Source: Bacteroidales bacterium
GTDB lineage: Bacteria; Bacteroidota; Bacteroidia; Bacteroidales; Paludibacteraceae
Reading direction: 5' to 3'
Assembly: GCA_012519885.1 (NCBI GenBank)
Contig: JAAYPI010000009.1
Coordinates: 10,163-74,162, forward strand
DNA length: 64,000 nt
The position numbers and the translations under genes are program-made. This document shows, piece by piece, positions 37,159-48,007 of this stretch (its first letter is position 1; every line of letters starts with the position of its first letter). The notes beneath the pieces were generated by a model. The model ran no database searches and was not told where the DNA came from. It was given only the letters and a program-made list of their open reading frames with translations.

Positions 37159-37857
37159 TTAGTTTGATGTTTCAAAACAATATCCATATCCTAGCCGAGT
37201 AACAACATTTTTATCATAAGGTTCTATTTTTTTTCGTAGTCGAGTAATGTTTACATCAATAGTTCGGTCGGTAACATCAGCGTTATTCCATACTTGTTGC
37301 AAAATGTCCTCTCGAGAAAAAACATTGTTGGGTTGGCTCATTAATAAGCTTAAAATTTCAAATTCTTTTTTTGTTAAATTTATTTCTTGTTTATCAATGA
37401 GTGTTGTTTTAGTAGTTAAGTTCACAAACAATTGCTCAAAACGCAAAATTTTATCTTTCGACATGGGGGTTCCGTCTTTTTGCTCCGTAGTTCGTTTTAA
37501 TACAACTCGCACTCTAGCAACTACTTCTTTCACTGAGTAAGGTTTTGTAATATAATCATCAGCCCCTATTGTAAAACCAGTTAAGGTGTCTGTTTCTGTA
37601 TCTTTAGCTGTAATGAAAATGATTGGAATATGCGAGGTTGTTTCGTCCTTTTTGAGCATAGAACCGAGTTTAAAGCCCGACATAGCTCCCATCATTACAT
37701 CCAGTAAAAATAGATTGTACTGTGTTAGGTCTTTTTTTAATGCGTCTTCGGCAGAATAAGCAATGTCTACGATATATCCGTCTTTTTCTAAATTGTATTG
37801 TAGTATGTCGCACAAATCTTCTTCGTCGTCTACTACCAAAATTCTAAATGTACTCAT
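37159..37857 (-). CDS. OmpR/PhoB-family response regulator
   Basis: Receiver domain (ILVVDDEEDL...LLDVMMG...ITAK) plus a winged-helix output domain (VNITRLRKKI...GYGY). Confidence 0.9.
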   Translation of the reverse strand: MSTFRILVVDDEEDLCDILQYNLEKDGYIVDIAYSAEDALKKDLTQYNLFLLDVMMGAMSGFKLGSMLKKDETTSHIPIIFITAKDTETDTLTGFTIGADDYITKPYSVKEVVARVRVVLKRTTEQKDGTPMSKDKILRFEQLFVNLTTKTTLIDKQEINLTKKEFEILSLLMSQPNNVFSREDILQQVWNNADVTDRTIDVNITRLRKKIEPYDKNVVTRLGYGYCFETSN

Positions 37858-37875
37858 AGTGCATAGGTTTTTTTA

Positions 37876-37883
37876 CAAAGATA
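37876..37883 (-). promoter_or_regulatory. -7 box TATCTTTG for the two-component operon
   Basis: TAnnTTTG on the minus strand, 19 nt upstream of ATG 37857. Confidence 0.45.
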
Positions 37884-38098
37884 TTTATTTTATTGCTATT
37901 TTGCACGTTAAGCGATAATATTTTCTTGCTGAATATGTTTTAGTATAGATTCCATAGAGGTATATGAGTCGTAGGATACATATAATCAGATGATTTTGTG
38001 GTGTTAGTATTCATTTTGGCAACATGTAGAATGTTATATAATTGTAATATGGCATAGTAATTTGCTTTTTTTATAGTATAATGTACGCAAATATAGTG

Positions 38099-38106
38099 TA
38101 TTTTTG
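38099..38106 (+). promoter_or_regulatory. -7 box TATTTTTG for the patatin gene
   Basis: TAnnTTTG 22 nt upstream of ATG 38128. Confidence 0.5.
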
Positions 38107-38127
38107 TACCATTAAATATATTGTGCG

Positions 38128-38895
38128 ATGAATAGAAAATACCGATTGGGACTTGTATTGAGTGGTGGTGGAGCAAAGGGTTTTGCTCATTTGGGCGTGT
38201 TAAAAGCCATCGAAGAAAAAGGACTGAAGCCCGATATTATTGCTGGTGTAAGTTCAGGTGCTTTAATGGGGCTATTGTATGCTGATGGTAAAAGCTTAGA
38301 TGAAATTATGAAATTTTTCGAGAAAGCCTCCTTGTTTGACTCCATATCGCCAACCCTGCCTAAATTGGGTTTAATGAATCCTTCAAAATTTAAACGTCAG
38401 TTACGCAGTTTTTTAACGGCAAAGTCATTTGAAGAGCTTGCTATTCCTTTTGTAGTGAATGCAACGAATCTTACTGACGGCAAAATGACGGTGTTTCGTA
38501 CAGGTGAATCTTTAGTAGAAGCAGTTATTGGCTCTTCGAGTGTTCCGTTATTATTTACTCCCCAGATTATCGAAGGGAAACAATATGTGGATGGAGGTGT
38601 TTTTTGTAACATGCCTGTTTCCCCAATTCGCGATGAGTGTGACTATATTATTGGAGTTCATGTTAATCCAATTTGTACCGAAACCAAAGCCGAAAGTATT
38701 ATCGAAATAGCAGAGCGAGTACTTCATTATGCCATACAATCAAGCACGATTAACGAAAAAAAATTATGCGATGTTGTAATTGATGTAAAGGAAGTAAAAA
38801 AGTATGGTATGTTTAATTTAGATAAAAAACAAGAAATTTTTGATTATGGCTATACGAAAGCTAAGGAAGTATTAGAAAATTTCTATATAGAGTAA
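38128..38895 (+). CDS. Patatin-like phospholipase
   Basis: Oxyanion GGGAKG, nucleophile elbow GVSSGA, catalytic DGG. Confidence 0.88.
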   Translation: MNRKYRLGLVLSGGGAKGFAHLGVLKAIEEKGLKPDIIAGVSSGALMGLLYADGKSLDEIMKFFEKASLFDSISPTLPKLGLMNPSKFKRQLRSFLTAKSFEELAIPFVVNATNLTDGKMTVFRTGESLVEAVIGSSSVPLLFTPQIIEGKQYVDGGVFCNMPVSPIRDECDYIIGVHVNPICTETKAESIIEIAERVLHYAIQSSTINEKKLCDVVIDVKEVKKYGMFNLDKKQEIFDYGYTKAKEVLENFYIE

Positions 38896-38897
38896 GA

Positions 38898-39431
38898 CTA
38901 TACACAATATACATGTTCATATAATGCTGTTTTAACAGTCAAAAAATCTTCTTCCGAAAGTGCATGGGGATAGCTCATGATATGCATGGGGACAGCATCT
39001 GTATGTTGATGCAGTGCTGGTTGAAAATAGGGGTATTGGTTGACGTGAAACCCATTACGTACATAAAACTCAATTCTTCGTTTTGAAATGTCTTGTGTAG
39101 CATGTTCTACTTCGAGAATAAGGGGTGTTGTGCTCTCTTTTTTTATTAACTCAAGTACTTTATTCCCTATACCTAATCGTTGTTTTGCAGGCGTAATTGC
39201 TAAATAATAAATAAATACAAAAGAAGTATATTCTACTATACTCAGCATGCCACAAGTTTCATTTTTATCTAGGATTGCATATAGCTTAAAGGCACAGTCA
39301 TCAGTAAATTTATGCGACAATAAAGAAGAAAAATCTACTTTTTCTTCTGGCGGAAAGGCTTCTTCGTAAATAGATTGAATGCTGGGCAAGAGAGGATGAT
39401 TGTTATGAGAGATAAATTCAAGTGAAATCAT
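38898..39431 (-). CDS. GNAT-family N-acetyltransferase
   Basis: 177 aa with an acetyl-CoA binding-type segment (LAITPAKQRLGIGNKVL). Confidence 0.7.
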   Translation of the reverse strand: MISLEFISHNNHPLLPSIQSIYEEAFPPEEKVDFSSLLSHKFTDDCAFKLYAILDKNETCGMLSIVEYTSFVFIYYLAITPAKQRLGIGNKVLELIKKESTTPLILEVEHATQDISKRRIEFYVRNGFHVNQYPYFQPALHQHTDAVPMHIMSYPHALSEEDFLTVKTALYEHVYCV

Positions 39432-39484
39432 AAACTATATAATTTACCGAAAATGTTTACTCTATTATAGTAAGTCTTATATAC

Positions 39485-39511
39485 AAATAGGCTGTCAAAG
39501 ACAGCCTATTT
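39485..39511 (-). terminator. Probable terminator after the EEP-family gene
   Basis: AAATAGGCTGTC (39485..39496) pairs with GACAGCCTATTT (39500..39511) with a 3-nt loop. The U tract is partly within the stem. Confidence 0.55.
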
Positions 39512-39523
39512 GAGATTGTAAAA

Positions 39524-40885
39524 TTATTCAGTATCTACAGCATCTTGAATGCTACATTCAATAAGTATAGGTAAATGGTCAGAGGGGTAAGTGCTATGAC
39601 CAAGTTTCTCGTCTGCTGCAACATAAGAATTAACGTGTACTTTGTCGTTTATAAATATGTAATCAATTCGTTTACTTGATTTGTCACTTGAACTATATAA
39701 TCCTGTATAAGTATGTTCTCTATTTACGTAACCACCTTGACGCAATGTGGGAGCCGTTTCATACGCATCATGCCATTCTCCTGATAATATAGTATATGCA
39801 GGCTCTGTCGGTTCACAATTAAAATCTCCTGTGAAAATTACTGGATAGCCTTCGGTTAAAGCTAATATTTGTTCTTTGGCAATAGTCGCTTGTTGCTCAC
39901 GTGTATTGATGCCTGTTTGTGTAGTGGGGTGGTCGAAATGTGTTGAAAATAAGAAAAATACTTTTTGTGTCTGTTTATCTTCGAGTTTTACCCATACTAC
40001 CATACGATTGAATGTAGAGGAGGAAAGTTTTGAAAGCGAGTCTGGTGTGTTTGATAAAAAGAAACGTCCTTTTTCTAATTCATTAAAACGACTAGTCTTA
40101 TAAATTAAGGCTGTTTGTTCACCAACTCCTCCATCTGTATATTCTTTTCCATTATCTCTTCCATAGCCGATATACGTGTATTCAGGCAGTTGACTTAAAA
40201 AATCAACAGCTTGTGTATTTGTAGTTTCTTGTATGCCACATACATCGTAGTTGTATTTGTTTATTAAATTGAAAACTAACTGTTTGCGGTTGTTCCAGAA
40301 TTTTCCACCCGTATCTCCTGTTGTGTAATAACGAATATTATACGACCCAATAATATATTTTTCTTGTTCATCTATTGCTTCAAAAGATGCTGTAATTGTG
40401 GTGTCTTGTGTTAATACAAAATAAGGTGTTGTATTGATATTGCTAAAAACATGGCTATTATTGCCAAAAGCAATCACAGAAAGTTCCGTGTTTTCAGGCA
40501 CTTGGTCTCCACTATTTACTACATTTCCTTTATTCAGTACCGTAATAGTTCCTTGCTCGTTTTGTTCAATCGTAACCGTATACATAACCATTGGCTCAAA
40601 TACTGCTGTAATTGTGGTATCTTGGGTTAGCTCAAAAGGTGAACTTACGTTTACACTTTCCAAGGTGTAAAATTCATCAGGGGTAGCTGTAACGGTAAGG
40701 CTGGTGCCTTTTATTATTTCAGTTCCGTTTTCAATTACGGTATTTCCTTGTTTTACGGTAATAGTTCCGCCTTCGGGTTGTTCAATAGTAACGGTGTACT
40801 TGATTATTTCTGGTTCTTTTTCCTTAGCACTACATGCTGTTAAAAGAAGAACTGCTGTAAGCAGTAAGTAATTCCATGTTTTCAT
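39524..40885 (-). CDS. Endonuclease/exonuclease/phosphatase (EEP) family lipoprotein with two N-terminal repeat domains
   Basis: Lipobox LLTACS. Two ~70-aa repeats (YTVTIEQ.E.GTITV...LTQDTTITA.FE). The EEP catalytic end has ...GDFNCEP... and SDHLPI. Confidence 0.8.
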   Translation of the reverse strand: MKTWNYLLLTAVLLLTACSAKEKEPEIIKYTVTIEQPEGGTITVKQGNTVIENGTEIIKGTSLTVTATPDEFYTLESVNVSSPFELTQDTTITAVFEPMVMYTVTIEQNEQGTITVLNKGNVVNSGDQVPENTELSVIAFGNNSHVFSNINTTPYFVLTQDTTITASFEAIDEQEKYIIGSYNIRYYTTGDTGGKFWNNRKQLVFNLINKYNYDVCGIQETTNTQAVDFLSQLPEYTYIGYGRDNGKEYTDGGVGEQTALIYKTSRFNELEKGRFFLSNTPDSLSKLSSSTFNRMVVWVKLEDKQTQKVFFLFSTHFDHPTTQTGINTREQQATIAKEQILALTEGYPVIFTGDFNCEPTEPAYTILSGEWHDAYETAPTLRQGGYVNREHTYTGLYSSSDKSSKRIDYIFINDKVHVNSYVAADEKLGHSTYPSDHLPILIECSIQDAVDTE

Positions 40886-40917
40886 ACGTATAGGTTATTA
40901 ATTGATTAAAAAGTTAT

Positions 40918-42810
40918 TTAATTGTTGGTGTATTCGCTTAGCTCTAACCATCGCATTGTTTTATCGTCAATTAGTTCTATCACTTCAGCAATACGTTCAG
41001 ATGCTTTTATAAGCTCTTGTTGAGGAATATTTCCTCCTGATAACATTGTTTCAAGGTCTTTTTTTTCAGTTTCCAAATTTTCTATGTCTGATTCCAGCAA
41101 TGAATATTCACGTTGTTCGGCAAAACTCAACTTTCTTGTACGGTTAACAGAGCGTTTGGGTTCTTCAACTTTATTTTTTTGTTTAATTTCTGCTTGTTTG
41201 GCATCAATAGCATTTTGTTGCTCTTTCCATTCTCGGTAATCGGAGTAATTACCAGGAAAATCTTTGATAACAGCATTGCCTTGAAATACCAATAAGTGAT
41301 CAACTACCTTGTCGGTAAAATACCTATCGTGCGAAACGACTATCACGCAACCCTTAAAATTAGCTAAATATTCTTCCAATACATTTAGGGTAACAATATC
41401 CAAGTCGTTGGTAGGCTCGTCGAGCACCAAAAAATTGGGGTTTTTCATCAAAACAGTACATAGGTAAAGGCGGCGTTTTTCTCCTCCACTAAGTTTGTAC
41501 ACATAATTATGTTGTGTTTCGGGTGTAAACAAAAAATGTTGCAAAAATTGGGATGCACTTAGTTTTTTGCCGTTTCCTATATTTATTTCTTCGGCAATGT
41601 CGCGTACTACATCAATCACTTTCATTTGTTCATCAAACGTTAACCCATCTTGACTGTAGTAGCCAAAAGAAACGGTTTCGCCAATATCAAATGAGCCACT
41701 GTCGGGTTTAATAATTCCTAAAAGCAATTTTAAAAAAGTAGATTTTCCTGTACCATTTTTACCAATTATGCCCATTTTCTCGTATCGGGAAAAATTATAG
41801 TAAAAATCTTTTATCAACACAAAATCGTCAAATTGTTTGCTAATATACTTGGCTTCAAAAATTTTTGAACCCAAATAAGTGGCGTTCATTTGCAGTTTTA
41901 CCGATTCATCTTGACGTTTTTGTGCCACTTTTTTTTCTAAATCATAAAAACTGTCAATTCTGCTTTTTGCCTTCGTTGCCCTTGCTTGAGGTTGTCGTCG
42001 CATCCAATCTAATTCTTTTCTGAATAAATTGTTTGCACGTGCTAACTCAGCATTTTGGGCATCAATGCGGTCTTGTCTTTTTTCTAAATAATAGCTGTAA
42101 TTGCCTTTGTATGCGTATAACTGTTTTTGGTCTATTTCTATAATGTCAGTGCACACACGGTCTAAAAAATACCTATCGTGAGTTACCATCAATAAGGTTA
42201 ATCCCGAACGAATAAGGTACTCTTCTAACCATTCGGTCATTTCTAAATCCAAATGGTTAGTAGGCTCATCTAAAATAAGCAAGTCGGGCTCTGTTATCAA
42301 AGCATTAGCCAAAGCTACCCGTTTGAGTTGACCGCCAGATAAGTGTTTAATCTTTTTGTCAAAATCAGTAATCTTGAGTTGTGCTAAAATTTGCTTAATC
42401 TTAATATCATAATCCCAAGCTTTACGAATTTCCATTTGTTCTACCAATTCTTGAAATTCTGGGCTATCTAAATTTTCGTTTTTGCTGATATATGCTTCGT
42501 ATTGTGCAATTAGGCGAATTGTTTCGTTGTTCGACGAAAAAAACGTATCCAATATAGTCTGTTCTGGATTGTAAGATGGGTCTTGCTCTAAAAAAGAAAG
42601 CGTTATATCCCGGCGAAAGGTTATTTTCCCTTCGTCTAAGGATTCTTTCCCCATGATTATATTGAGTAGGGTGGATTTTCCTGTTCCGTTTTTTGCTATT
42701 AGGGCTACACGTTGCCCCTCGCTAATATCCATATTTAGCCCTTCGAAAAGCAGTAAATCGCCAAAGCGTTTACTCACATTTTCAAGTTGTATGTAGTTAA
42801 TTACTGCCAT
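40918..42810 (-). CDS. ABC-F family ATPase (two ABC domains, no TM domain)
   Basis: Two Walker A motifs (GKNGTGKST twice), two LSGG signatures, a linker, and a C-terminal coiled coil. Confidence 0.9.
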   Translation of the reverse strand: MAVINYIQLENVSKRFGDLLLFEGLNMDISEGQRVALIAKNGTGKSTLLNIIMGKESLDEGKITFRRDITLSFLEQDPSYNPEQTILDTFFSSNNETIRLIAQYEAYISKNENLDSPEFQELVEQMEIRKAWDYDIKIKQILAQLKITDFDKKIKHLSGGQLKRVALANALITEPDLLILDEPTNHLDLEMTEWLEEYLIRSGLTLLMVTHDRYFLDRVCTDIIEIDQKQLYAYKGNYSYYLEKRQDRIDAQNAELARANNLFRKELDWMRRQPQARATKAKSRIDSFYDLEKKVAQKRQDESVKLQMNATYLGSKIFEAKYISKQFDDFVLIKDFYYNFSRYEKMGIIGKNGTGKSTFLKLLLGIIKPDSGSFDIGETVSFGYYSQDGLTFDEQMKVIDVVRDIAEEINIGNGKKLSASQFLQHFLFTPETQHNYVYKLSGGEKRRLYLCTVLMKNPNFLVLDEPTNDLDIVTLNVLEEYLANFKGCVIVVSHDRYFTDKVVDHLLVFQGNAVIKDFPGNYSDYREWKEQQNAIDAKQAEIKQKNKVEEPKRSVNRTRKLSFAEQREYSLLESDIENLETEKKDLETMLSGGNIPQQELIKASERIAEVIELIDDKTMRWLELSEYTNN

Positions 42811-42833
42811 TAAGTCTTTTTATAAATAACTAG

Positions 42834-42841
42834 CAAATGTA
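42834..42841 (-). promoter_or_regulatory. -7 box TACATTTG for the ABC-F gene
   Basis: TAnnTTTG on the minus strand, 24 nt upstream of ATG 42810. Confidence 0.5.
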
Positions 42842-42925
42842 CATATAAAACTCTAAAGTAGCAATACTCCAAAAACGATACATGCAAATCTTGTCTAAAA
42901 AATAGCCTTATTGGTTAATTTTTAT

Positions 42926-42933
42926 TACTTTTG
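42926..42933 (+). promoter_or_regulatory. -7 box TACTTTTG for proS
   Basis: It contains the GTG that the track used as a start. ATG 42957 follows 24 nt later. Confidence 0.5.
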
Positions 42934-42956
42934 TGGCTCAAAATTTGAGTGTAAAA

Positions 42957-44438
42957 ATGGCAAAAGAATTAAAAGATTTGACCAAACGTAGCGAAAATTA
43001 TTCGCAGTGGTACAACGATTTAGTAGTTAAAGCTGATTTAGCTGAACAGTCAGCAGTGAGAGGTTGTATGGTAATTAAGCCCTATGGTTATGCTATTTGG
43101 GAAAAAATGCAACAAGAATTAGACCGTATGTTCAAAGAAACAGGTCATGTGAATGCATATTTTCCATTATTAATTCCCAAATCTTTTTTAAGTAAAGAAG
43201 CTGAGCACGTAGAAGGTTTTGCTAAAGAATGTGCTGTAGTAACTCATTATAGATTAAAAAATGCTGAAGATGGATCGGGTGTAGTGGTTGACCCAGCTGC
43301 CAAGTTAGAAGAGGAATTAATTATTCGTCCAACCTCCGAAACTATTATTTGGAATACTTACCGCAATTGGATACAATCGTACCGCGATTTACCCATTTTA
43401 TGTAATCAATGGGCAAACGTATTTCGTTGGGAAATGCGTACACGTATGTTTTTGCGTACAGCAGAATTTTTGTGGCAAGAAGGGCATACTGCTCATGCTA
43501 CTAAAGAAGAGGCTGAAGAAGAAGCATTAAAAATGCTGCACGTATATGGCGATTTTGCAGAGAATTTTATGGCAGTTCCTGTTGTAAAAGGCATAAAAAC
43601 AGCCAACGAACGTTTTGCTGGAGCCCTCGAAACCTATACCATCGAAGCTATGATGCAAGATGGAAAAGCCTTACAATCGGGTACCTCGCACTTTTTAGGA
43701 CAAAATTTTGCGAAAGCTTTTGATGTGCAGTTTATTACCAAAGAAAACAAACAAGAATATGTGTGGGCTACTTCGTGGGGTGTTTCTACCCGTTTGATGG
43801 GAGCATTGATAATGACACATAGCGATGATAATGGATTGGTATTGCCTCCAAAATTAGCCCCTATTCAGGTGGTAATTGTACCTATTTATAAAGGAGAAGA
43901 ACAATTACAAGCCATTAACGAAAAAGTAGATGGTATCGTAAAAAAATTGAAAGCACTGGGCATAAGTGTAAAATACGACAATGCTGACAACAAACGACCA
44001 GGATTTAAGTTTGCCGAATACGAACTCAAAGGAGTGCCTGTACGATTGGTAATGGGTGGTCGCGATTTAGAAAGCAATACCATAGAAGTTACTCGTAGAG
44101 ATACCTTTGAAAAACAAACACGTAGTTGCGATGATATAGATACTTTTGTGAAACAATTGTTGGATGATATGCAGCAAAATATTTTGCAAAAAGCACTTGA
44201 TTTGAGAACATCTCTAACTTGCACTGTGGAAACGTACGACGAGTTTAAAGAAAAAATTGAAGAAGGTGGTTTTATACTTGCTCATTGGGATGGTACATCC
44301 GAAACTGAAGAAAAAATTAAAGAAGAAACCAAAGCAACAATTCGTTGTATTCCGTTAGAGGGAGATAAAACTCCTGGAGTGTGTATGGTTACAGGAAAAC
44401 CTTCTGCACAAAGGGTATTGTTCGCACGTTCGTATTAA
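42957..44438 (+). CDS. proS: Proline--tRNA ligase (archaeal/eukaryotic-like type)
   Basis: N-terminus [30 protein letters not shown]..., class II motifs ([25 protein letters not shown]), ~493 aa. Confidence 0.92.
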   Translation: MAKELKDLTKRSENYSQWYNDLVVKADLAEQSAVRGCMVIKPYGYAIWEKMQQELDRMFKETGHVNAYFPLLIPKSFLSKEAEHVEGFAKECAVVTHYRLKNAEDGSGVVVDPAAKLEEELIIRPTSETIIWNTYRNWIQSYRDLPILCNQWANVFRWEMRTRMFLRTAEFLWQEGHTAHATKEEAEEEALKMLHVYGDFAENFMAVPVVKGIKTANERFAGALETYTIEAMMQDGKALQSGTSHFLGQNFAKAFDVQFITKENKQEYVWATSWGVSTRLMGALIMTHSDDNGLVLPPKLAPIQVVIVPIYKGEEQLQAINEKVDGIVKKLKALGISVKYDNADNKRPGFKFAEYELKGVPVRLVMGGRDLESNTIEVTRRDTFEKQTRSCDDIDTFVKQLLDDMQQNILQKALDLRTSLTCTVETYDEFKEKIEEGGFILAHWDGTSETEEKIKEETKATIRCIPLEGDKTPGVCMVTGKPSAQRVLFARSY

Positions 44439-44456
44439 TCAAAATATTGTGGCGTA

Positions 44457-45764
44457 ATGCTTAAAAAATACATCTCTTTTGATTTGCGAAAAGTATTTTC
44501 CCAACCCTTAATGGTAAATGTGGCCTCTTTGGGGATTTTACAACTGGCAAATTATATAATTCCTATTATTATCATTCCTTTTGTTGTAAGAGCTTTGGGT
44601 GTTGAAATTTTTGGAAAAGTTTCTTATGCTCAAAATATTATAACATATCTAACTATTGTGGTAAATTATGGATTTGAGTATTCGGCTACACAAGATGTTG
44701 CCATCAATAGAGATGATAGAAATAAATTAAGCACTGTATTTTGGACTACTATTCGATTTAAGTTTTGTTTACTTTTAATTACTTTTTTGCTTCTTCTTAT
44801 TCTGTTTTTCACTTTTGACAAGGTGAAAGAAGATGGATTGCTCTATTTTTATGCAGCTTTGGTAAATATTGGTTTTGTCCTTTTCCCTACTTGGTTTTTT
44901 CAAGGTATGGAGAAAATGTTTAAAATGGCAATGTTTAATTTTATTTTCAAAGCATTAGGAGCTGTTTTGGTTATATTGTTAATACAAAGTCCTTCGGATT
45001 ATCGTATTTATCTACTGTTGTTGTCCCTTTCCTATATAGTAATATCCATCTTTGTGTTTTTTTATGTTATTAAGCACTATCAATTATTACCCAACTCCAA
45101 AAATAAAGAGTTATCAACTAGTGTTATAAAAAAAGGCTTCCCAATTTTTATTAATAATATTTTTGTGAGTTTGTATACAACAGCGGGTTTAACGATTATT
45201 GGGCTCTATTTAACGAATACCGAGGTTGGTCTTTATGCTGCTGCTTATAAAATTGTATTTGCAGTTTTAATGCTTACGAGCATGCCTGTCAATACTGCTC
45301 TTTTCCCCATTATGAGTAGAAGGTTTAATGATTCATTTGTTGATGGATGGGCTTTTTTTAAACGAAGTTTACTTATAGTAGGCGTTTTGTCTTTACTTGT
45401 TTGTTTTGTTTTTTATTTTTCTACACCGCTTATTGTAAAAGTGTTTTTAGGTACTGAATTTTTGAGTGTAATTCCGCTTTTACAAGTATTATCTATCATG
45501 CCTTTTCTTGTTGTAATGGCAAGTATGTTTACGGTTCAAGGTTTGTATGGGTTACAATTACATAAGTACGCTCCATTTATTGGAGCATTACTAGGAGTTA
45601 TTAGTTTAATTGTTTATTTTATTTTTATACCTTTGTATGGAGTTTATGGTGCTGCTTATGCTTGGATACTTGCTCAAACACTAGAAATTGTTTTTGTGTT
45701 GTTATTTTTGGTAATTAAAAAAAGAGAACTATTAAGTAAAGAAAGGGAAAATAATGAAAATTAA
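44457..45764 (+). CDS. wzx: Wzx-type (MOP superfamily) polysaccharide flippase
   Basis: 435 aa, roughly 12 TM helices, polysaccharide-biosynthesis-protein N-terminus (LQLANYIIPIIIIPFVVRALGVEIFGKVSYAQ). Confidence 0.7.
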   Translation: MLKKYISFDLRKVFSQPLMVNVASLGILQLANYIIPIIIIPFVVRALGVEIFGKVSYAQNIITYLTIVVNYGFEYSATQDVAINRDDRNKLSTVFWTTIRFKFCLLLITFLLLLILFFTFDKVKEDGLLYFYAALVNIGFVLFPTWFFQGMEKMFKMAMFNFIFKALGAVLVILLIQSPSDYRIYLLLLSLSYIVISIFVFFYVIKHYQLLPNSKNKELSTSVIKKGFPIFINNIFVSLYTTAGLTIIGLYLTNTEVGLYAAAYKIVFAVLMLTSMPVNTALFPIMSRRFNDSFVDGWAFFKRSLLIVGVLSLLVCFVFYFSTPLIVKVFLGTEFLSVIPLLQVLSIMPFLVVMASMFTVQGLYGLQLHKYAPFIGALLGVISLIVYFIFIPLYGVYGAAYAWILAQTLEIVFVLLFLVIKKRELLSKERENNEN

Positions 45765-46824
45765 TATATTCCTTCCAGGATTACCAATTACACCTGGTGG
45801 CGGTTATAAGATAATGTACGAATATGCTAATCAATTTGTAAAACTGGGACATGATGTCGTGATATACAATGTTATAACAAATTCAATTTTTGAATATCCT
45901 CATCCTCATTGGTTACGCTATTTGTATTACTCGTATAAATATCCACACTTTAGACCTTCATGGTATCCATTATTGCCACAAATTGTATGTCGGAATATTC
46001 CACGATTGCATAACAAATTTGTACGAAATGCAGACGTGGCATTTTCTACTAATTTTGCTTTAACGTTTGAATTAACTAAATTATCCAAAAATAAAGGAGC
46101 CAAATACAATTTGATTCAAGGGTATGAAACTTGGATTCCAAATTCTGATAATAATTTACACGCATCCTATCATTTGCCTCTTTATCATATATCTATTGCC
46201 GATTATTTGGCTGATATAGTTGAAAAAGAGACAAATAACAGACCTCCGATTGTATATAATGGAATTGATAATAACGTGTTTAAGTTGCAAATCCCAATTG
46301 AACAGAAAAATCCATTTTCTGTTTCCATGTTGTATTCCGAAGAGTTGCATAAGGGTTCTCTTATTGGATTGGAAGCTTTACGTATGTGTAAAAAAGAAAT
46401 TCCCAATTTACACGTAGAACTATTTAGTGTGTACGAAAAACCCAATCATATTACTGAAGATTGGATTAACTTTACACGTAAACCCTCTAATTTAGCTGAA
46501 TTGTATAATTTAACTGCTATTTTCTTATCCCCTAGTAATACAGAAGGTTGGGCATTGCCTCCTGCGGAAGCTATGTTTTGTGGATGTGCTTTGGTTTGTA
46601 CAAATATTGGAGGACATGCTGCTTATGCTAAGAATAATGAAACTGCATTATTAGTAAGTCCTCAAAAAGCAGAGGATATAGCAGAAAAATTACTTATCCT
46701 GTTGAAAGATAATAACCGAAGAGTAGAAATTGCAAAAAAAGGAAATGTATTTATTCAACAATTTTCTTGGGATACTGCCGTGCATAAAATGTTAACGATT
46801 TTTGAACAAAATGGAAATAATTAG
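45754..46824 (+). CDS. Glycosyltransferase family 4 (GT-B)
   Basis: C-terminal motif SPSNTEGWALPPAEAMFCGCALVCTNIGG. Its start overlaps the wzx stop. Confidence 0.75.
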   Translation: MKINIFLPGLPITPGGGYKIMYEYANQFVKLGHDVVIYNVITNSIFEYPHPHWLRYLYYSYKYPHFRPSWYPLLPQIVCRNIPRLHNKFVRNADVAFSTNFALTFELTKLSKNKGAKYNLIQGYETWIPNSDNNLHASYHLPLYHISIADYLADIVEKETNNRPPIVYNGIDNNVFKLQIPIEQKNPFSVSMLYSEELHKGSLIGLEALRMCKKEIPNLHVELFSVYEKPNHITEDWINFTRKPSNLAELYNLTAIFLSPSNTEGWALPPAEAMFCGCALVCTNIGGHAAYAKNNETALLVSPQKAEDIAEKLLILLKDNNRRVEIAKKGNVFIQQFSWDTAVHKMLTIFEQNGNN

Positions 46825-48007
46825 TTTGGTTTATACTATACCTTATTTACTTTTTCTGCTATTTCTTATTTTATTGATGTTTCTCGAATTTTATCAATTA
46901 AAATACAATAGGGAAATTACAGGTATTCGGTTAATCGTAATGATTTCTTTTTTGCTTTTCTTTGGACTAAAAGGGTTTGTTGGTCGCGATGTGTTTTTGT
47001 ATTACGATCTTTTTTCTAACTTACCAACAATTAATCATTGGAATTCAGATTTTTTTAAGTTGAACGATTATGAAGTTGGATTTAAAATGCTTATGTCTGT
47101 AAGTAAAACGATTGTTCCCAATTTTTTCTTTTTTGCTTTTCTTTCTGTTTTTATTGATGCGATGATTTTACATTTCATTATTAAAAGATATTCAAGATAT
47201 TATGTTTTAGCATTTATTATTTATATCGTTTTTTACGGGTATATTTTTGAGATGGACCAAATTAGAAATGCAAAAGCTGTGATGTTATTTTTGCTTTCAC
47301 TTAGGTATGTTTTAAATAATAAATTTTTATCCTATTGCTTATTAAATCTTATTGGATTTACATTTCATTCAAGCTCTATATTATTCCTCTTTATCTATCC
47401 GTTCTTAAAAAAACGTTTTTCACTCACCTTTTATGCAGTTGTGTTTATTATTGGAATTGTTTTATTTGTTTTGCAAATAGAATATATTAAGCCTATGGTA
47501 ATGTATGTAGCGTCCAAAATGGGTGGAGTTTTTCAAACAAAAGCAGAAATATATATAGCGTCACCCATATATGCGAAAGATATGTTTGGAATTACACTTG
47601 GCTTTTTTGAGCGAATAGTGTCTTATTGTTTATTCTGTTTTATTTACTATAAAAAATTGATTGATAGAGATAAAGAAAATCTTTTATTCATTAATTTGTA
47701 TGTTTTATTTTTTATTTTTTATTTCTATTTTGCCGAATTTATGGTTCTTGCAGTACGAACATCTGCTCTTTTTATAGCAGCCTACTTTGTATTGTATCCG
47801 AATGTATTATTTGAAATAAACAGAAAGCTAACTAGACAACTTGTAGTTATTATGTTAACTATATTTATGTTTTTTCGTATGGCTACTTACGTGAAATATA
47901 TAGAATATAAATATGAAAATATTCTTTTTGACACATCATCATACAAAATAAGAAAATCGTATGCCGATGAGTCTGCTAATTATTTACAAGAATTAGATAA
48001 AAAATGA
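46811..48007 (+). CDS. wzy: EpsG/Wzy-like polysaccharide polymerase
   Basis: Extremely hydrophobic, about 10 TM helices, very AT-rich. The track start at 46802 is TTG, and ATG 46811 overlaps the upstream stop. Confidence 0.6.
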   Translation: MEIISLVYTIPYLLFLLFLILLMFLEFYQLKYNREITGIRLIVMISFLLFFGLKGFVGRDVFLYYDLFSNLPTINHWNSDFFKLNDYEVGFKMLMSVSKTIVPNFFFFAFLSVFIDAMILHFIIKRYSRYYVLAFIIYIVFYGYIFEMDQIRNAKAVMLFLLSLRYVLNNKFLSYCLLNLIGFTFHSSSILFLFIYPFLKKRFSLTFYAVVFIIGIVLFVLQIEYIKPMVMYVASKMGGVFQTKAEIYIASPIYAKDMFGITLGFFERIVSYCLFCFIYYKKLIDRDKENLLFINLYVLFFIFYFYFAEFMVLAVRTSALFIAAYFVLYPNVLFEINRKLTRQLVVIMLTIFMFFRMATYVKYIEYKYENILFDTSSYKIRKSYADESANYLQELDKK

